A stretch of 64,000 nucleotides of DNA. It comes from Eledone cirrhosa (taxonomy: Eukaryota). The stretch covers positions 82,026,001-82,090,000 of the forward strand of contig OZ024745.1 of NCBI GenBank assembly GCA_964016885.1, read 5' to 3'. Below the pieces are notes generated by a model. It saw only the letters and a program-made list of their open reading frames with translations. It was not told where the DNA came from and made no database searches. Position 1 is the first letter of the stretch. Each line of letters opens with the position of its first letter. Below are positions 1 to 14,159 of this stretch, piece after piece. The translations under genes and the position numbers were made by a program.

Positions 1-2710
1 CAGTCACCCAGTCTCGGTCTCTTCTTGACCCAGGACATCAGCTCAGTCAAAGAGACGAGCTGTGGAAAAGCCCGTCTGACAAACGGCGACCACACCTGTT
101 CACTATTAAGGAAGAATATCTGGAGATGCCGCAATCTCAGCCTGTCTGCGCATCATTAGCTACGGCATGCCTAGCCCTCCACGAAGAAGGTGCTGGCAGC
201 AGATGGACCGCCTCACCAACGGAACCTGACCCCTCCACAAGAATTTGAAGAGGCGCCGCTCCAAGTTCGCGAGGCGCGAACGGGGGAAAGGGACGACGGT
301 CAGGCGGTAGTAGATGACGGACGCGATGTACGCGTTCGCCACCTCCGCCCGACTTTCAGTAATAGCTTCCTCGCAGCCCATTTCTGGGTGAGACTGGCTA
401 CGCTGCCCGTCACCTCGTTCCAATTCTTATCCACCTGGAGGTCTGACCCGAACCAAACCCCGAGCAACTTTACCGGTCCGTCCGTCCAGCACCCAACGAC
501 GCTGTTGGACAGAATGGACTTGCCTCTCCAGGTGCCGAGTTGCAAGCCCACCGACTTTTCCGGGTTAAGGTTTGCTCCCGTCAACCTTTCATATTCCTCC
601 AATAAGTTGCTGACCACCTCGATTTCTGAGGTGTCCGACACCATCACGGTGATGTCGTCCGCATAAGCCGACACAGCCTTTCCGCGTCCCGGTTCGAGCG
701 GGATGCCCTGCAACAGCTCCAGCTTCCGCAGTAAAGGCTCGAGAGTCAATACGTACAGAAGGTAGGAGAGAGGGCACCCTTGACGGACCGATAGGGAGAT
801 CTGAAACAGTTCCGAGAGGTGGCTATTAACTTTGACGACCGAGCAGATGCCACAGTGCACTCACAGCGATCCAGATTCTGAAGACGGGACCGAAGCCAGC
901 CGCCTAGAGGGCAGCCTCCAGGTACCGATGGTCGACCCTATCGAATGCTTTCAATTGATCTAAATTGATCAGATCCCCACCGAAGCCAGGTTTACACTCA
1001 ACCCTCTCTATGATGTATCACATCAGGTGGAGGTTGTCGTGTATGGACCTGGTTGGGATTGCGCAAGTTTGCGCCTCCCCAACCAAATCCTCGACGACAA
1101 GCGCCAACCTCTTCGCTAAAAATCTTAAACTGTGCCAAACTTGGCCAAAATCTTAAACTGTGTAGAGCAGTTATGGGCCTGAAATTGTCTAATGTGTCCC
1201 TCTTGTTCTCGTCTTTCCTTAGCGTCACTACGCCCCGGCTCACAGAACTGGGAATACTCCCGTTCTGCTGCGAGTTACAGTAGAACGCTTCGAGGAGATC
1301 GGAGAACAAGTCTGGCATATTTAGGTAAAGCTCGTAGGGCAGATATCCCAAACCGAGTGACTTGCGCCTGTTGCAGCCAACAAGGGCATCCTGAATCTCC
1401 GCTGAAGTAATCGGCCTTTCGCAGCGCTCAGCGTCGAGAGTTGCGGCAAGCCATCGAGGTAGGGACTGAAGTCCACCACCGTCTCTGACCCGCCACTTCC
1501 CCCCGAACAACCGAACAAAATGTTGGCGAAAGGCCTCACACATCCGCTTGGAATCGCTCAGCTCGTGTCCATCTCGGTCCGTCAAAGACCGAATTGTGGT
1601 TTTATTACCACGCTGCGCATCTGCCACGCGGGCCCATCGAACAGCTTTGGTTCCCTCGTTTCTCAGAGCACGCGCCTTAGCTCTGACAATGCAACCTTCG
1701 TGTTTCACATTGAAGAAATGATCTAATGCCATTCTCGCCGCTAGCACGTCAGTTGCAATGCCACTACAAATAGCCTCGTCTAACTTATCTACCAACTCCC
1801 CTCCTTTCTATTTTTCTCTAACGCTACTTCTTTGATAAAGCATGTCGACATTACTCTAAGCTCTCTTTTGAGAGCCCCCCACCATCTATTGTTGACGACT
1901 TCCCCTGTCAACTTTTTCTTAACTAAATTGTTGACCTGGTCCCTGTAAGCTTTACGTGCCGGAAATGACATGTTCAGCTTCCAGTAACCAGGTCCTAACC
2001 TACGCGTCTTATCTAGGTCGACCATACAGATCACAAACTTGTGATCTGAATAGGCGACCGTTTTAAAACGTGGACAGCTTACACTATTTCTGTCTATTTT
2101 CCTAATGAATATTCTGTCTTAGATGACCCTATGGGGTTGGTCCAGGTCCACACTGGCGCATTAGGGAAATCTAGTCGGTACCTGTCAGACAGGTGGAAGT
2201 GGCTGATCAGGTACTTGAGGCTTTTGCATCCCCCACTCCTATCGGATACTCCACACAGTCCCAGCGTGCGTCTAAGATGCCGTTCCCGTCCCCTGCTAAC
2301 AGTAAAGGGCGAGTCGTACCCAGAAAGGCTTCCAGAGCTCTAGAGAAGTCCAGCCGTCCTTCCCCAGTAGGGGCGTAGACGGCCACCAGTCTAAAGGCAC
2401 CACCTTCGTTATTGTTCACGTCCAGGACCACCAACTTACCGTCCGGGTCCCGGAAGATCGACCTTACCTCGAGATCCAGGCCTTTCCTAAACAGTACTGC
2501 CACCCCTCCTTCCATTCCTGGCCGACTAACAGATGCGAAGATCTGATAGTCGTCGAAAATGGGGGCAAGTGCGCGCGTGTCGGAAATCTTGGTCTTGCTG
2601 ACGGCAATTACATTCATTTCTAGAGACCTGAGGTCGTTGAGCAGGTGACCCTGCTTCCAGGACGATCCCAGGCCTCGAACATTTACACTTCCTACTCCTA
2701 ATACGGCCAT
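1..2710 (-). pseudogene. Tx1 ORF2 remnant (APE endonuclease plus reverse transcriptase), multiple frameshifts
   Basis: ORF fragments 2207-2710, 1789-2034 (GPGYWKLN), 998-1795, 300-860 (AYADD) and 160-423. Confidence 0.9.
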
Positions 2711-2739
2711 GTTGGCAGGCTAAAAGAGAGAGGAAAGGT

Positions 2740-4809
2740 TTACTTACCTTCTGGGCTCTTGTGAAGGTCGGGTTGTTCGACCTCCATAGTTGGTGGGGTT
2801 TCTTTTGGGAACCTCTTTAAAAGTCTTGAAGTCGGTTTTACGTTCGGGGTTCCCACGTCTCGAGGAAAGCTGTCTCGTATCTCTTTGTATAAATCGAGCG
2901 AAATTCGCACAAGAAACAAATCTTCCGGCACGCGAAATGTGCTCGATTAAAAAATTTGCCCCTCTTTTTGTATTTCTTCACTTCGTGCTACGAGGGCCAT
3001 CATTTCCTTGTTGGCCCTCCTGACGAGCACGAAGTTTTTTATGCTTTGTTGGTGTGATTTTATTTGTTTGCGTGGTCGTGGTGGTGATGGTTTTGATGGT
3101 GTTGTTTCGGTTGTGTTTGTTGTGAGTGCGGTGTCTGTGGTTTCAGATGTTTGTGTGTGTATTTGTTCTTGCGTCTATTTAGGGTGTTTGCGTTTGGGGG
3201 ATTCTGGTGATGGTGGTGTTGATGTTGGTGTTATTGTGGAGATGTTTGCGTGGGTGGTGTCTGCATTTTTTAATGTGGATGTTTTTGTGCTTTGTTGAGT
3301 TTTTTTTCCTTTTTGTGTTTCCTTTTTTTGTATTTTGGGGGATTTTGGTTTCCCCTCATCTTCACTACTGGTAGATGAGGGGTCTGTGTCTGTAAGTTTG
3401 TCTGTGTGTGTGTTTATGTTTTTATTGATGTGTGTATTTTGGCGAGGAGGGGGAATTTGACAACTTTCCTCGTTTCCCCACTGGGTGGTCAATGTTGGTG
3501 GTGGTATTTCTATTGGTGTTGTTGTTGGTGGTTTTGCCGGTGCTGGTGTTGGTTGTGGTCTTCGCCCCGGCGTCGGCAGCTGTGGAGCCCTTCGACCCCT
3601 TGCATCTTTCAGCAGTTGAGGGCAGAAGGTTCGCAAATGGGTTTTTTCCCCACAAACGAAACTATGCGGCCTTTTGCCCTAGTCATAATGTGAATGATCG
3701 TCCCATTCTGAAGACGGATGTGGTCCGGATTTGTTTTGACATTCTCCGGCCTGATCTGGAGAGAAGTATCTCTAGGTCAACTCTGGACCAGTCCTCTCTG
3801 ACATTTCTTGTTACTTCTATCGGGACGGTATCCGTCCCCTCCACAATTACACATCCCAGAAGCCACCACATGTCGAGTCCTGGTGGGATTCAGGGAATGC
3901 GAAGACGGACCGTTCTTTTTCCCATGTGGGAGGGGTACATTATGACCTTGCTGGTTTTGCAAGGTGTCATAGCCTGTTTCATAGCGAGGGCTTCTGACTT
4001 AAACAGCACCGAAATGGTGTCGTATTGTTTGCCCATGGCTATGTATTCGGTGTCATCCCTGATGCACCTCAGGGCGACTGCTTGTAGAATTAAAGTTGCC
4101 CTCTTGGTTTCTGCTGAGGTGCATCTGTAATGCACCGTTGTGCGCTCCACTGCTTCAATAGCTTCTACCGGGACAGTTAAGTTGGCCCAGGTTTGCTCTT
4201 GCTTGATGAGCTTCCAGGTCTGGACCAACTTTCATCTTTGTTCGAGAGGTCCATGCTGAAGCATGGCCTCTTTTTAGCTGCTGCCGCAGCGAAAGTGTTC
4301 TTGTTGTCGTTGGTGGTGTTGTTGTTCTTGTTGTTCTTGTTGGTGTTGTTGCTGTTATCATTGTTGTCTTTGGTGCCGTCGTTGTTGTTTTCGGTGCAGT
4401 TGGTATTGTTGCTGTTGGTGCTGTCGCTGTCGCTGTTTATGTTCTGGTTAGTGGTGTTAATTTCGTTGTTGTTTTCGTTGATATTGTTGCTCCTGCTATT
4501 GTTATTGTTGCTGTGGTTGTCACTGTTATTGATATTGTTGTCTTTGTTGTCGTTCTTTCTGTTGTTGGTGTTGTTGTCATTATTGCAGTTGTTGTTGGTT
4601 TTGCTGTCGTTGTTGCTGGTGCTGTTTTCGTTCTTGTTCACGACTGATTTTTTTTTACTGTTTTTGGTAACGTCGCTGTTGCTGCTGTTGTCATTTTTGT
4701 TCTCACTGTTGTTGGTGCTGGTGTTGGCGATTTTGCCTGATGTGTTGTTACATTTTAAAATTGTTGCGGGAGGGGCAGCGTTATTAATCTCAAAGTTTGA
4801 CTCCGCCAT
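2740..4809 (-). pseudogene. Tx1 ORF1 remnant (frameshifted)
   Basis: Fragments 4177-4809, 3890-4228 (YPSHMGKRT, cf. YPTYMGRRT), 3175-3636 and 2740-2931 are colinear with the intact ORF1 at 41681-43474. Confidence 0.8.
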
Positions 4810-6439
4810 GTTTTTTTTTTATAAACATTTTCTTTTAAACACACAAAGTTTAAATATTTGGACCAAAAGGCCCAAATATTATGGGGAGTCCTTTCTTGGG
4901 GGCAAAGTCTTATTTCCCGTTTAAAACAAAAAATATTAATGACAAACGTATTTCAAACTGTAGAAAATAACAAACATACGAGCTCACAATAGTACGTCCA
5001 TACGCTTCAACGACCAATAATGTGATTATGTATGTATGTATTGAATCTGATAGCAATCTTTATCCTTTCTCCTATGCTACGGACCGTCTCACTTATGTAT
5101 GTTGTGTTTTTATTCTTACACTGTCCCTCAATACATCTTATGCTATATACAACGTTCCTTGTTTTGCAGTTAATTTGTGGGTTTCATTTGCAGACTATAC
5201 ATTTCCTATCAGTGCAGGTTTTATTAAAAAAAAAAAGATATGTTCTACTAATTAGGGCTTTTATGGTTTTATGGGAATACCTAGTTTTTCAACTATCTTA
5301 ATATTTAATTTTAGTTTGTCTAGAGTACTTCTAAATCTGTAAGCTAGTTCGCCTCTGGGGTTTGCATTGACGAACATTATACTCTGGTATTCATTGCTGT
5401 CATATCACGAGTTGACTTTATTAGTCTTCTTCTAAGTTCTTTCTATCTTATTCTAAAAGTTGCTCCTATACATGGGGTAAGTCCCATTCGCACCATTTTC
5501 TACAATCTTCGTCCATTTAGCCCTGGCTCTTTTATACACTCTGATCCCGTATCTCTGAGAACTGCATGCGGTGGATGAAGTGTTGTATGTGTCTCTCTAA
5601 TTCTTTAGGATCGCACACGCGGAACACATTCCTCATACCAAATTCTCATAAAATTTAGGGACAATTTTGTCAGCAATACGTTCAGAGAGAGAGAACATAT
5701 GTCTGGTTTAGTAGAAATAATTATTAATATAGAAAGTTCATAGTTAAAGCTCGCTTTATGATTGTAAAATGCGAAAATATTGCAGCCTATTATTTAACTC
5801 CTATTTACAACAAATGTTGAATTGAATTAGTAACTTCACCGTATTGTTTGACTACAGAAAAAAATCGAATAATAACAGAACTGAAAAAAAATGGGCATTA
5901 GCATGCGTGGGAATGTTGTTATTTTTGCATCACTAGAACTAACGAGATATTAAGAAAAGGAGGAGTTTTGTAAATCGTAAATTGTACATATAAAATATTC
6001 TGAATTGATTTCTTTATTTCAATTGTCGTTTTGTTGATGAACAAACACATTTAAATTCAACTCAAAGTTTCTTTGAGTTGAGAATATTAGCAATCATTTC
6101 AAACGTTTAAACAACATTTTGATCTAAAAATATTACCATTCTTAATAGGAAAATCTATTTCAAATGTCATGTAAAAAATAAGAATAAAGCCGACAATTTC
6201 ATCAAATGTCTAAAGTGGCCTGCATATTTCTATGACAAAAAAAAACGAAAAAAAAACAAGAATTGAACAACATCAAATATTGATTTAAATCTAACAGGTG
6301 GCAGCTTATAAACGAGCTTTTTTTAAAAAAATAATTTGTTTTTGAATTATTAGCTAAACATTTAAAATTCAGATAAGTAAACAAATAATTCCTGTCCGAA
6401 ACCAATGCAATTAGATTAAACACACAAAATCAAATATAA

Positions 6440-6585
6440 AGCGGCGAATTGGTCAAGTCGTTAGAACACCGAATAGACTGCTTGACGGCTCTCCTTCTCG
6501 CTCTCTACGCTCTGAGATCAAATCCCGTTGAGGTCAACGCTGCATTCCATCATTTCGAGCTCGATAAATAGAGAACAAGTTAATT
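6440..6585 (+). mobile_element. Degenerate tRNA-derived SINE
   Basis: GGCGAATTGG head, GAGATCAAATCCCG B-box-like motif, and a body matching the SINE at 59463-59642. Confidence 0.6.
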
Positions 6586-7849
6586 ACCCCCCCCCCCCCC
6601 CACTCTCTCTCACGAAGAAATCGAGACTGTGTTCAGATTTGGGGAGGAATGGGCTTCATCAAGATTAACTGAATAATTGCTTCTGTAATAGTGTTAGGAA
6701 TGAAAAAAATTCCGCGAGAATCTAAAACCGCGTTTTGATTCCTTTTGTTTTTATAATAAAAAACAAATAAACAAGCAACTCTGATTCAATGAACCAATGA
6801 ACCAACCAGTTGTATGTCATCTAATTACAAATAGATTCTATGTCATATATATATATACAATAAAGTATTGTACATACAGCACAACGAAAAATACTGTAAT
6901 CACTTGTGACAAAATAGATTTTAATCAGTGATTCTTGATAGATTTGGAGATTTTTATTTATTCTGTTTGAATTTTGTGCTCCGTATACTCTATTTAAAAT
7001 CGCTCAGGTACCGAAGAGATTTCTTAATAACTTAGCGGTTATTCATAGTAGTTTATTATTGATCACTACTAAACTTGTCTCTGATTAATAAATGCACCAG
7101 TATTTTCCGATGATTCGAATTCACTGGTAATTAAGTCTCCCTGGTATAAAAATCAAATTCAAGCATCATTTGTAAACACATTTCCGCTTGGGTGTTATAT
7201 TAGCTGTCCTCTCTATTAATTCATATTCCATATACTCTTCATTCTGACATTCTATAGCAAACAACGGTTTTATTTTTCAATTGAAACACTTATAACATTT
7301 TCCTTGCATTCCTACTTTCTTTGGTTTTTCTTCTATCCTTTAACACTTATATACAATCACAACTATTATTTTGTGAAACTTAGCCCCGATGAAGAACCGA
7401 AACAATCTAGCAAAATATCACATGTAACTATAAAATACTGCCATTAAACGCATTTATGCTCTATGTATTGTGGATCTTATTGTGATTATCAACAAACATT
7501 TGTCTGTCTCTTACACCTCTTCCCCCCTCTCACCATTTATATATACCTATATATATATATATATATATATATGATCTCTCTCTCTATATATATACAGTGA
7601 AACATATATTAATATGTAATTAAATATATATATGATGATTCTATATTCCCTTATATATTAATACTATTGATACTCTGCTCTCTAAGAGCATCGAGTGCTC
7701 ATTCGGCATACTGCCTAAGGAGGCAATTAATTTGCACCTTAATACCTATATATATATATCTACAAATATTAATATTTTTAATTTTTATTCATTAGTTGGT
7801 TGATACTAATTTTATTAATGTTGCTGTTTATCCCAATCGTTTTGTGTTC

Positions 7850-7852
<3 letters not shown>

Positions 7853-7901
<49 letters not shown>

Positions 7902-7906
7902 ACACG

Positions 7907-7983
<77 letters not shown>
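7853..7983. repeat. (CT)n plus (TA)n microsatellite
   Basis: Direct inspection. Confidence 0.98.
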
Positions 7984-7987
<4 letters not shown>

Positions 7988-8096
7988 AAGGAAGTGTGGT
8001 AAGGAACCAGATGGACCATAACGCACCAGAGTACTCAGAGCGTCCAGAAATAGCCGTCGAAACGGCTTGAGCTCTGCCGTCGAGGTCAAACATTTT

Positions 8097-8129
<33 letters not shown>

Positions 8130-8442
8130 TAGCAGTTTAGCCCGGCGTTGCTCGGGTTTGTTCATTTGCTATGAAAAGTTACATACAGGTAAACGTGGTT
8201 TGAAAGCGAATAAGCTTATCAATTAAGTGCATAAAGCAGTTGAACCGGTTATTAAAAGTTACGAACCAATTAGCATTTTGGTCAATCAATGATGGGTTAA
8301 TAATCTTCCAATAGCGAATTTAGTAGACCAAAGTTGCAAGATGGTGGCCCTGATGCCGCTGGGTGTCAGATCTGTCCGCCATGGGATACCCTACCAGGAA
8401 ATAGTGTTCCAGACGGCATAGCTCCCACACCTGCACCAACAT

Positions 8443-10436
8443 CTATAGCACCTCTTTGTAGACGATATTGCGTGTCATCCCTTGAGGAGAGTAAGCAAAA
8501 AGTCCATTCCTGCTCCCTGCGCGGGAACAGGCAACATAAAGTTGGCCATAGGAGAAGCATGGCTCCCCCAAATGGATGCCCGCCACCGACAATGTTTGCC
8601 CTTGTGACTTGTTAATGGACATGGCAAAACATGGTCTCACCGGGAATTGGGATCGCCGGAAATCGAACGGGATATCTGACGCCGAGGGGAAAAGGTTCAT
8701 CTTTGGAATGAAAACATTCTCCCCTCTTCCGCACCCCTTTACAATGGTGGCCTCAATCAAGTGGGTGTCAGTGACTTGACGACCATGCGAGTACCGTTAG
8801 CATAATGGGACAGCCAACCCTAAGCTTAATAATGTGAGGTGGGAGCCCTGGGGGCTCAAGGAGATTTAATAACTCAACCGGATAATTAACGATATCGTCG
8901 GGGTCTGATTTGAAGATGTGCTCTTTACCGGGAATCTTCTCAATCAGCTGATCGTTAATAAAATTAACCATGGTATTTTTCGGAGCAAGGATGGCTCTTT
9001 CGCTGAGCCAATCGAGGTTTTTAAAGTTAGATGAGACATTAGGAAAAACTGCTTCCCAAAGGTCAGAAGGGCTGCTCACAATGTTGCACAGGGTGTCGAT
9101 TGCTATGCCGCCCTTGTCATCCGCAGGGATCTTGCCCTCACCAAGTGCTAAAATGTTCTGTGCTGCAGACATGTTGTCACCATGCAAATGAGCACGCATA
9201 TTTGTGCTCAGGTAAAAACTATTCACCTGGAGCCACAACATGGACGACTTAAGACAGGCACGCACTTCATCAGCTCTTGTCCATTTGGGGATGACAGGCA
9301 GCGTTTTCCGAAAATCCCCTGATAGCAGAAGGGTTACGCCACTCATAGGAGCCGTAGAATCCCTAATGTCTTTCCGGGCCTTGTCCAATGCCTCAAGGGT
9401 ACCCTTGTGTGCCATTGTGCACTCATCCCAAACAATGAGGCAACATCTTTTGAGAACCAGAGCTTTGTGTGAACTCTTGCTGATATTGCATGCTGGTGTC
9501 TCAGTTTTTACTAAATCCAAAGGGAGTTTAAAGGTTGAATGTGCTGTCCTGCCTCCCGGCGGCAAAGTAGCAGCGATCCCGGATGATGCAACGGACAACG
9601 CAACTTTTTTCTCCTGACGAATCTTAGCGAGAATTAAATTCGTTACAAAAGTTTTTCCGGTACCCCCAGGATCGTTTTTTATTGGGGGGATCAGGGTTTT
9701 TTTTTTTTGACCTTGAGGTATAACCAGTCAGTAGTTCCTTCAAAGGCTCTGGCGGTTCCGTAAGAGGGGGCAAGGTGACCTTACCGTTTAAGCAGCACAT
9801 TGCAGGTGGCTCCCCAGCCCACTTTGTAGCATTGCAGAATTGGCAATTGAAGCGCATCTCGCCTATATTTATGTCAGAGCGCATCGAGTAATTAACGTTT
9901 TGCTCATACTTGAAAGCCCGTAGGTGCCAGTAAGGGCTGTTGGGGCTCGTCACACCGCGTGCAGCTTCTCGCCGTCGACTGTTACGCTTGAACGTAGAAC
10001 ATTGGTCGTGTGGTTGGTGGGAAGGTCTGGCAGCAATAGCAGAAGAAACATTTTCAATGCTAATGGACCGCCCGTCTGCATCTTCAGAAGCCATGGAAGT
10101 AGTCATAGCCGCAGCGTTCGTAGGAAGGCGAGCCGTCCGTTGTTTTAAACGTTCCAAAGACCTGGAAGCAGCATTAGTCGCAGCGTTTCTAGCCAGGCGC
10201 TTCGACCTTTGTTCACGGCTCTCTGAAGCCCTGGAAGAAGCCTGGTATGAAGCCATTTTGGCTAGGCGTGCGGTGCGCCTTTGGAAACTTTCAGCGGTTC
10301 GACATTCTGCTGAACGTAAGGCTGTCTGTGAAAGTCTTGAAGCATTTTCCTTAGAGGACTCGTTTGCTATAGTAGCCTTTTGCGCCACTGCTGACGCGGT
10401 ATGTCGACTGAGGCGACTTCTCTTTTTAGGTGGCAT
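8443..10436 (-). pseudogene. Helitron RepHel remnant: N-terminus plus PIF1-family helicase, HUH/Rep domain absent
   Basis: Walker A PGGTGKTF at ~9645-9670, then GGRTAHSTF, IVWDECTM, GDFR, QFPVRPCFAMSINKSQGQTL and FSYGQLYVACSR. Frameshifted. Confidence 0.9.
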
Positions 10437-10439
10437 TTT

Positions 10440-10911
10440 ATGTCCAAAAGAAAGAGTGAAAGTTACTTCTACAGAAAAATTGACTTTGAAAGTCTACTGT
10501 CTGTTTATGAATATTGTTATTGTTGTTGTGATACAAATGTTAGTAAGTAAATGGGTATCGAAAAATAAAGGGTGAAAGTTACTTCAACATAAAATTGACT
10601 TTGAAAGTATAAGGCTGATAATTGAATGTAAAAAGATTGATAAGAAAGGCCCCCCCAAAAAAAATTTACAGGTATGTATGTGTGTATTTTTATGTCGAAA
10701 AGAAAGGGTTAAAGTTACTTCTACAGAAAAATTTAGTTTGAAAGTGTAAGGCCGATGTGTGTGTAAATTAAGTGACAGGTATTTGTATGTATGTGTGTAT
10801 ATGTATGTGTGTGTGTATGAAGTGTAAGGCCGATGTGTGTGTAAATTAAGTGACAGGTATTTGTATGTATGTGTGTATATGTATGTATGTGTGTATATGT
10901 ATGTATGTGTG

Positions 10912-10943
<32 letters not shown>

Positions 10944-11180
10944 TGTATGTATGTATGTATGTATGTATGTATGTATGTATTAAAGGTTGAAAGTTACTTC
11001 AACATAAAAATTGACTTTGAAAGTATAAGGCTGATAATTGAATGTAAAAAGATTGACAAGAAAGGCCCCCCAAAAAACTTTACAGGTCTTTGTATGTATG
11101 TGTGTATTTTTATGTCGAAAATAAAGGGTTAAAGTTACTTATACAGATAAATATAGTTTGAAAGTGTAAAGCCGATTGAA
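10440..11180. repeat. Imperfect tandem repeats (AAAGTTACTTC-containing units) and (TATG)n in the Helitron 5' region
   Basis: Recurring AAAGTTACTT...TTTGAAAGT blocks near 10460, 10576, 10711, 10990 and 11131, plus a 68-bp-class direct duplication at ~10741-10880. Confidence 0.8.
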
Positions 11181-12289
11181 AAACTTACAGTTTAGTAAAT
11201 GAAAGTCAGCTTCGAAATGGAGTTTGAACGCGCTAATACAAACACACACACATATATCCGTCTTTTAGTGTGTCTGTGTGTTTCTTGTGTTTATCATTAT
11301 ATGCTATTGTTATTTCTAAAACAAACTGTGTATGCGTTGATTGATTGAAATTCCCACGTTCCTGTTTCTATGACGTCAATCGTAACCATACCAACATATA
11401 TATGTGTGTATATGTTTTTTTTCAATGTTTCTCTTTTTCACAAACACTTATAAGAGAAGGTAGCAATTTGAAGGGGAGGTGATGAAGGGAGTAGATATAG
11501 GAAACGTATATCATATGAGAGAGGAGAAATCATCGATTGTTGAAATAAATCGATTTTTCCGTAATTGTGGCATTTTTTACCCAATAAGTTCGCCCATGAC
11601 CCAAGTTAGAATATTTGCAAACATTCTGCTTAATTATTCATTCAATATTTTTGGAATTGTGTAAATGTATAAAATTGAAACATACATACAGAGACAAAAA
11701 TCTGCATTTTATAGATAATGACATATATATAACTAGTGGTAGCACTAGATATTTAAACACAGAAGAGTTGTACATGAAAACATCTATAAACATATGGGTA
11801 GCCTTGCTCCGAAGATAACATATGTTTTCGTAACGAAAACTTATATTTTTTTCTGTTTCCTCTGTGAATATATCACAGGGTTGACAGTACGTTTTGAGAA
11901 TGTCATACTGCGCTGTTTCAAGATTTGTTAATCCTTTATCAGTGACATTCACTCATAGCGATACTGGCATACAATAGACTATAGTCTATATAGAATTTTG
12001 CGTGATGCTGATTTGTTGTAGAAGCTCATTTGCAAGTGAAACCTGAAGAAGTTAATCAAGGTTTCGCCAAAGTGAGAAGTGTTTGTCCTCAGCAATTTCA
12101 AATTCGTTCAGCTCACGACTTTTCTCATCATGGCCACCAGGTAAATATAAACAATCTGTACTTCCTGGCTAAAGGAAGGTGGCGTGGCGATCTTCACGAC
12201 GGACTCAGCTGATAACCAGATTCGTTTTACACTTGACAGGATATGTTTGACATAATGCTAAGACACTGGATGTGAAAATGTCCAGTATT

Positions 12290-13050
12290 TACGTTTGGAT
12301 AAATAGCGCTAAGTCGAAACCATTCTATATGAGTGTCGGACTCCATCAAGGGTACTTACTCTCACCTCTCCTGTTCATTATCTTCGTGAACATGATTGAT
12401 ATACGCATCCGGGTTGAAAGTGGTATCACGACTGAAATTAGCGGATGACATGGTACTACTTAACTAGTCAGAAGGTGATCTCCGACATGCACTTGATAGG
12501 ATTGCTGCAGAGTGCTGCACAGCAGGAATGAAAGTTAGTGCTGTGAAGACTGAGACACTCGTCCTCTCAAGGAAGTCTGTGTAGTGCACACTACATGTGA
12601 GTGGAGTTCCATTGAAGCAGTTGGAGAAGTACAAGTATCTCGGAGCTGTTTTCACGAGTGATGGAAGACATAAGGCTAAATTAAGAATTGCAAGAACGGG
12701 TGAAGTAATACACAGGCTTCATCATTCGGTCACCAGAGGAAGAGATTTAAATGTAAAAGCCAAACACGTTATCTTTAATTCGGTATTCATGCCAACTCTT
12801 ACTAATGGTCATGAATCTTGTGTAATGACTGAAAGAATACGATCGCGAATACAAACGGCCTAAAAGGGGTTCCTTCGAAAAGTCTTTGGAGTAACATTAC
12901 TCAATAGAATGCGTAGCTCGGAGATCAGGGAGTCGCTCCAGTTAGAACTGCTATTTTCTCACAATTGACTGATCATAACTCCGATTCAACGGACAAGTGT
13001 TTAAAATGTCCAAGAAGAGAGTCGCTTGACAGATTTTGCGGGAAATACCT
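12290..13050 (+). mobile_element. Degenerate RTE-clade LINE fragment (RT C-terminal half)
   Basis: GLHQG, ADDMVL and KYKYLG motifs. Shares sequence with 39040-39677. Confidence 0.75.
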
Positions 13051-14159
13051 TTGACTGGAATGCCCTTGGTCATATTGTTCTGGTCTATTAAGGCTGATAT
13101 GGAATTCACCGCCGTCGCTGTTCGTCATCTAAGGAAACCAGAAAATTCTGAGTCGCAAAAATAATCATAAATATGGGTTCATAAAATGTCAATTAAATTT
13201 AATTGTTGTGATGAGTAAGTAACTTTTCACACTCTTGTCCTTTTAGTAACATATGATCTTTATGGATCTTGGTTTTCACCAAACAGTTGATAGACAAAAG
13301 ACCAACACGAAGCTTTACTTCAAATATCAAGAAAGCGTATGTGTAAGGAGCTTCTTCGTTACGCAGGAAATAACGCAAAGAACTTGAAATATACATTAAT
13401 GATGACCACACATAAAAAACATAGCCAAAGCTGCACCATCATAGACTAAGATTTTAGGAACAGGAAATGATTCAACATAGAAAAGCTGATATTCTCCAAT
13501 AACAGAAGCAATCTACATTCGTGTATTCAGAGCAACTACTACATAAACATTTTAGATCACATCCCAAATAAGCTTTTCTATTGATTTGTCTATCTCCATT
13601 TACCAACACACTGTACCATTTAATTCAATGGCGATAATCTCTTCTGGACACTTCTAGAGAAACTGTATCTGTGAACCACATCACATAGTAGACGTCCTGT
13701 ATTTTTTAAAACATCCATCCACTTGATTTCATCAGCTTAATATTTACCACACAACTACTTTGTGTTTACAGTAATTCGATTGTCATTGTCACATAATTTG
13801 TTGTAAGTCCAGTTTCATTTACTGGCATAACCAATCAGTGAGTAATTATTTCCAGTGGTATTAAACATCTCAGCACGCTATGATTTACTTTGAAATAATC
13901 CAGCATTCAACTTATTTCAATGGTGAGGTCAAATATATTTCCATCTTTCTCTTTCAACTTAAAGCTATCTGTTATAGCTCCTGACTATATCAAGCAGCTT
14001 AATTATATGATATTTCTCTGAAAGTTTCATTGTGTTGACTAGGTATCATTAAGTTTAAATCTTCTGCGCTCTCTCCTGTTTAACGCTAGACGAAGCAAAA
14101 GTTCTAATAACATTTTCAGTGATGAATCTCTTATAAATGTAATGCATCAATACGATTTC

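Larger units (their letters stand above)
1..5005 (-). mobile_element. Degenerate L1/Tx1-clade non-LTR retrotransposon (copy 1, 3' end runs off the window)
   Basis: Broken ORF1 (4809 to ~2740, Asn-rich N-terminus). Broken ORF2 from ATG 2710 with APE endonuclease start (VGSVNVRGL) and RT motifs (RQGCPLS, YADD). Clearly homologous to the element at 41462-47200. Confidence 0.92.
8129..11270 (-). mobile_element. Helitron, internally deleted (5' end approximate)
   Basis: 3' terminus CTAG at 8129-8132 followed by T, with subterminal hairpin CCCGAGCAACGCCGGG (8141-8156). PIF1 helicase motifs. N-terminal ESxEQRxxRL repeats and a CxxC...CC zinc motif. Confidence 0.9.

Noticed and set aside
2720-2747. 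28-nt GT-AG mini-intron fusing ORF1 to ORF2
   Set aside because: Too short for typical splicing, and its removal does not put the ORFs in frame.
4193-4924. 243-aa Leu-rich ORF that looks like a membrane protein
   Set aside because: It is the antisense reading of the AAC-rich Tx1 ORF1.
7381-7412. CCGATGA...GAAAC hammerhead-like string
   Set aside because: Core mismatch and no convincing stems.
10440-11180. Repeat-spacer-like pattern (CRISPR?)
   Set aside because: Eukaryotic context, degenerate whole-unit duplications, no unique spacers and no cas genes.
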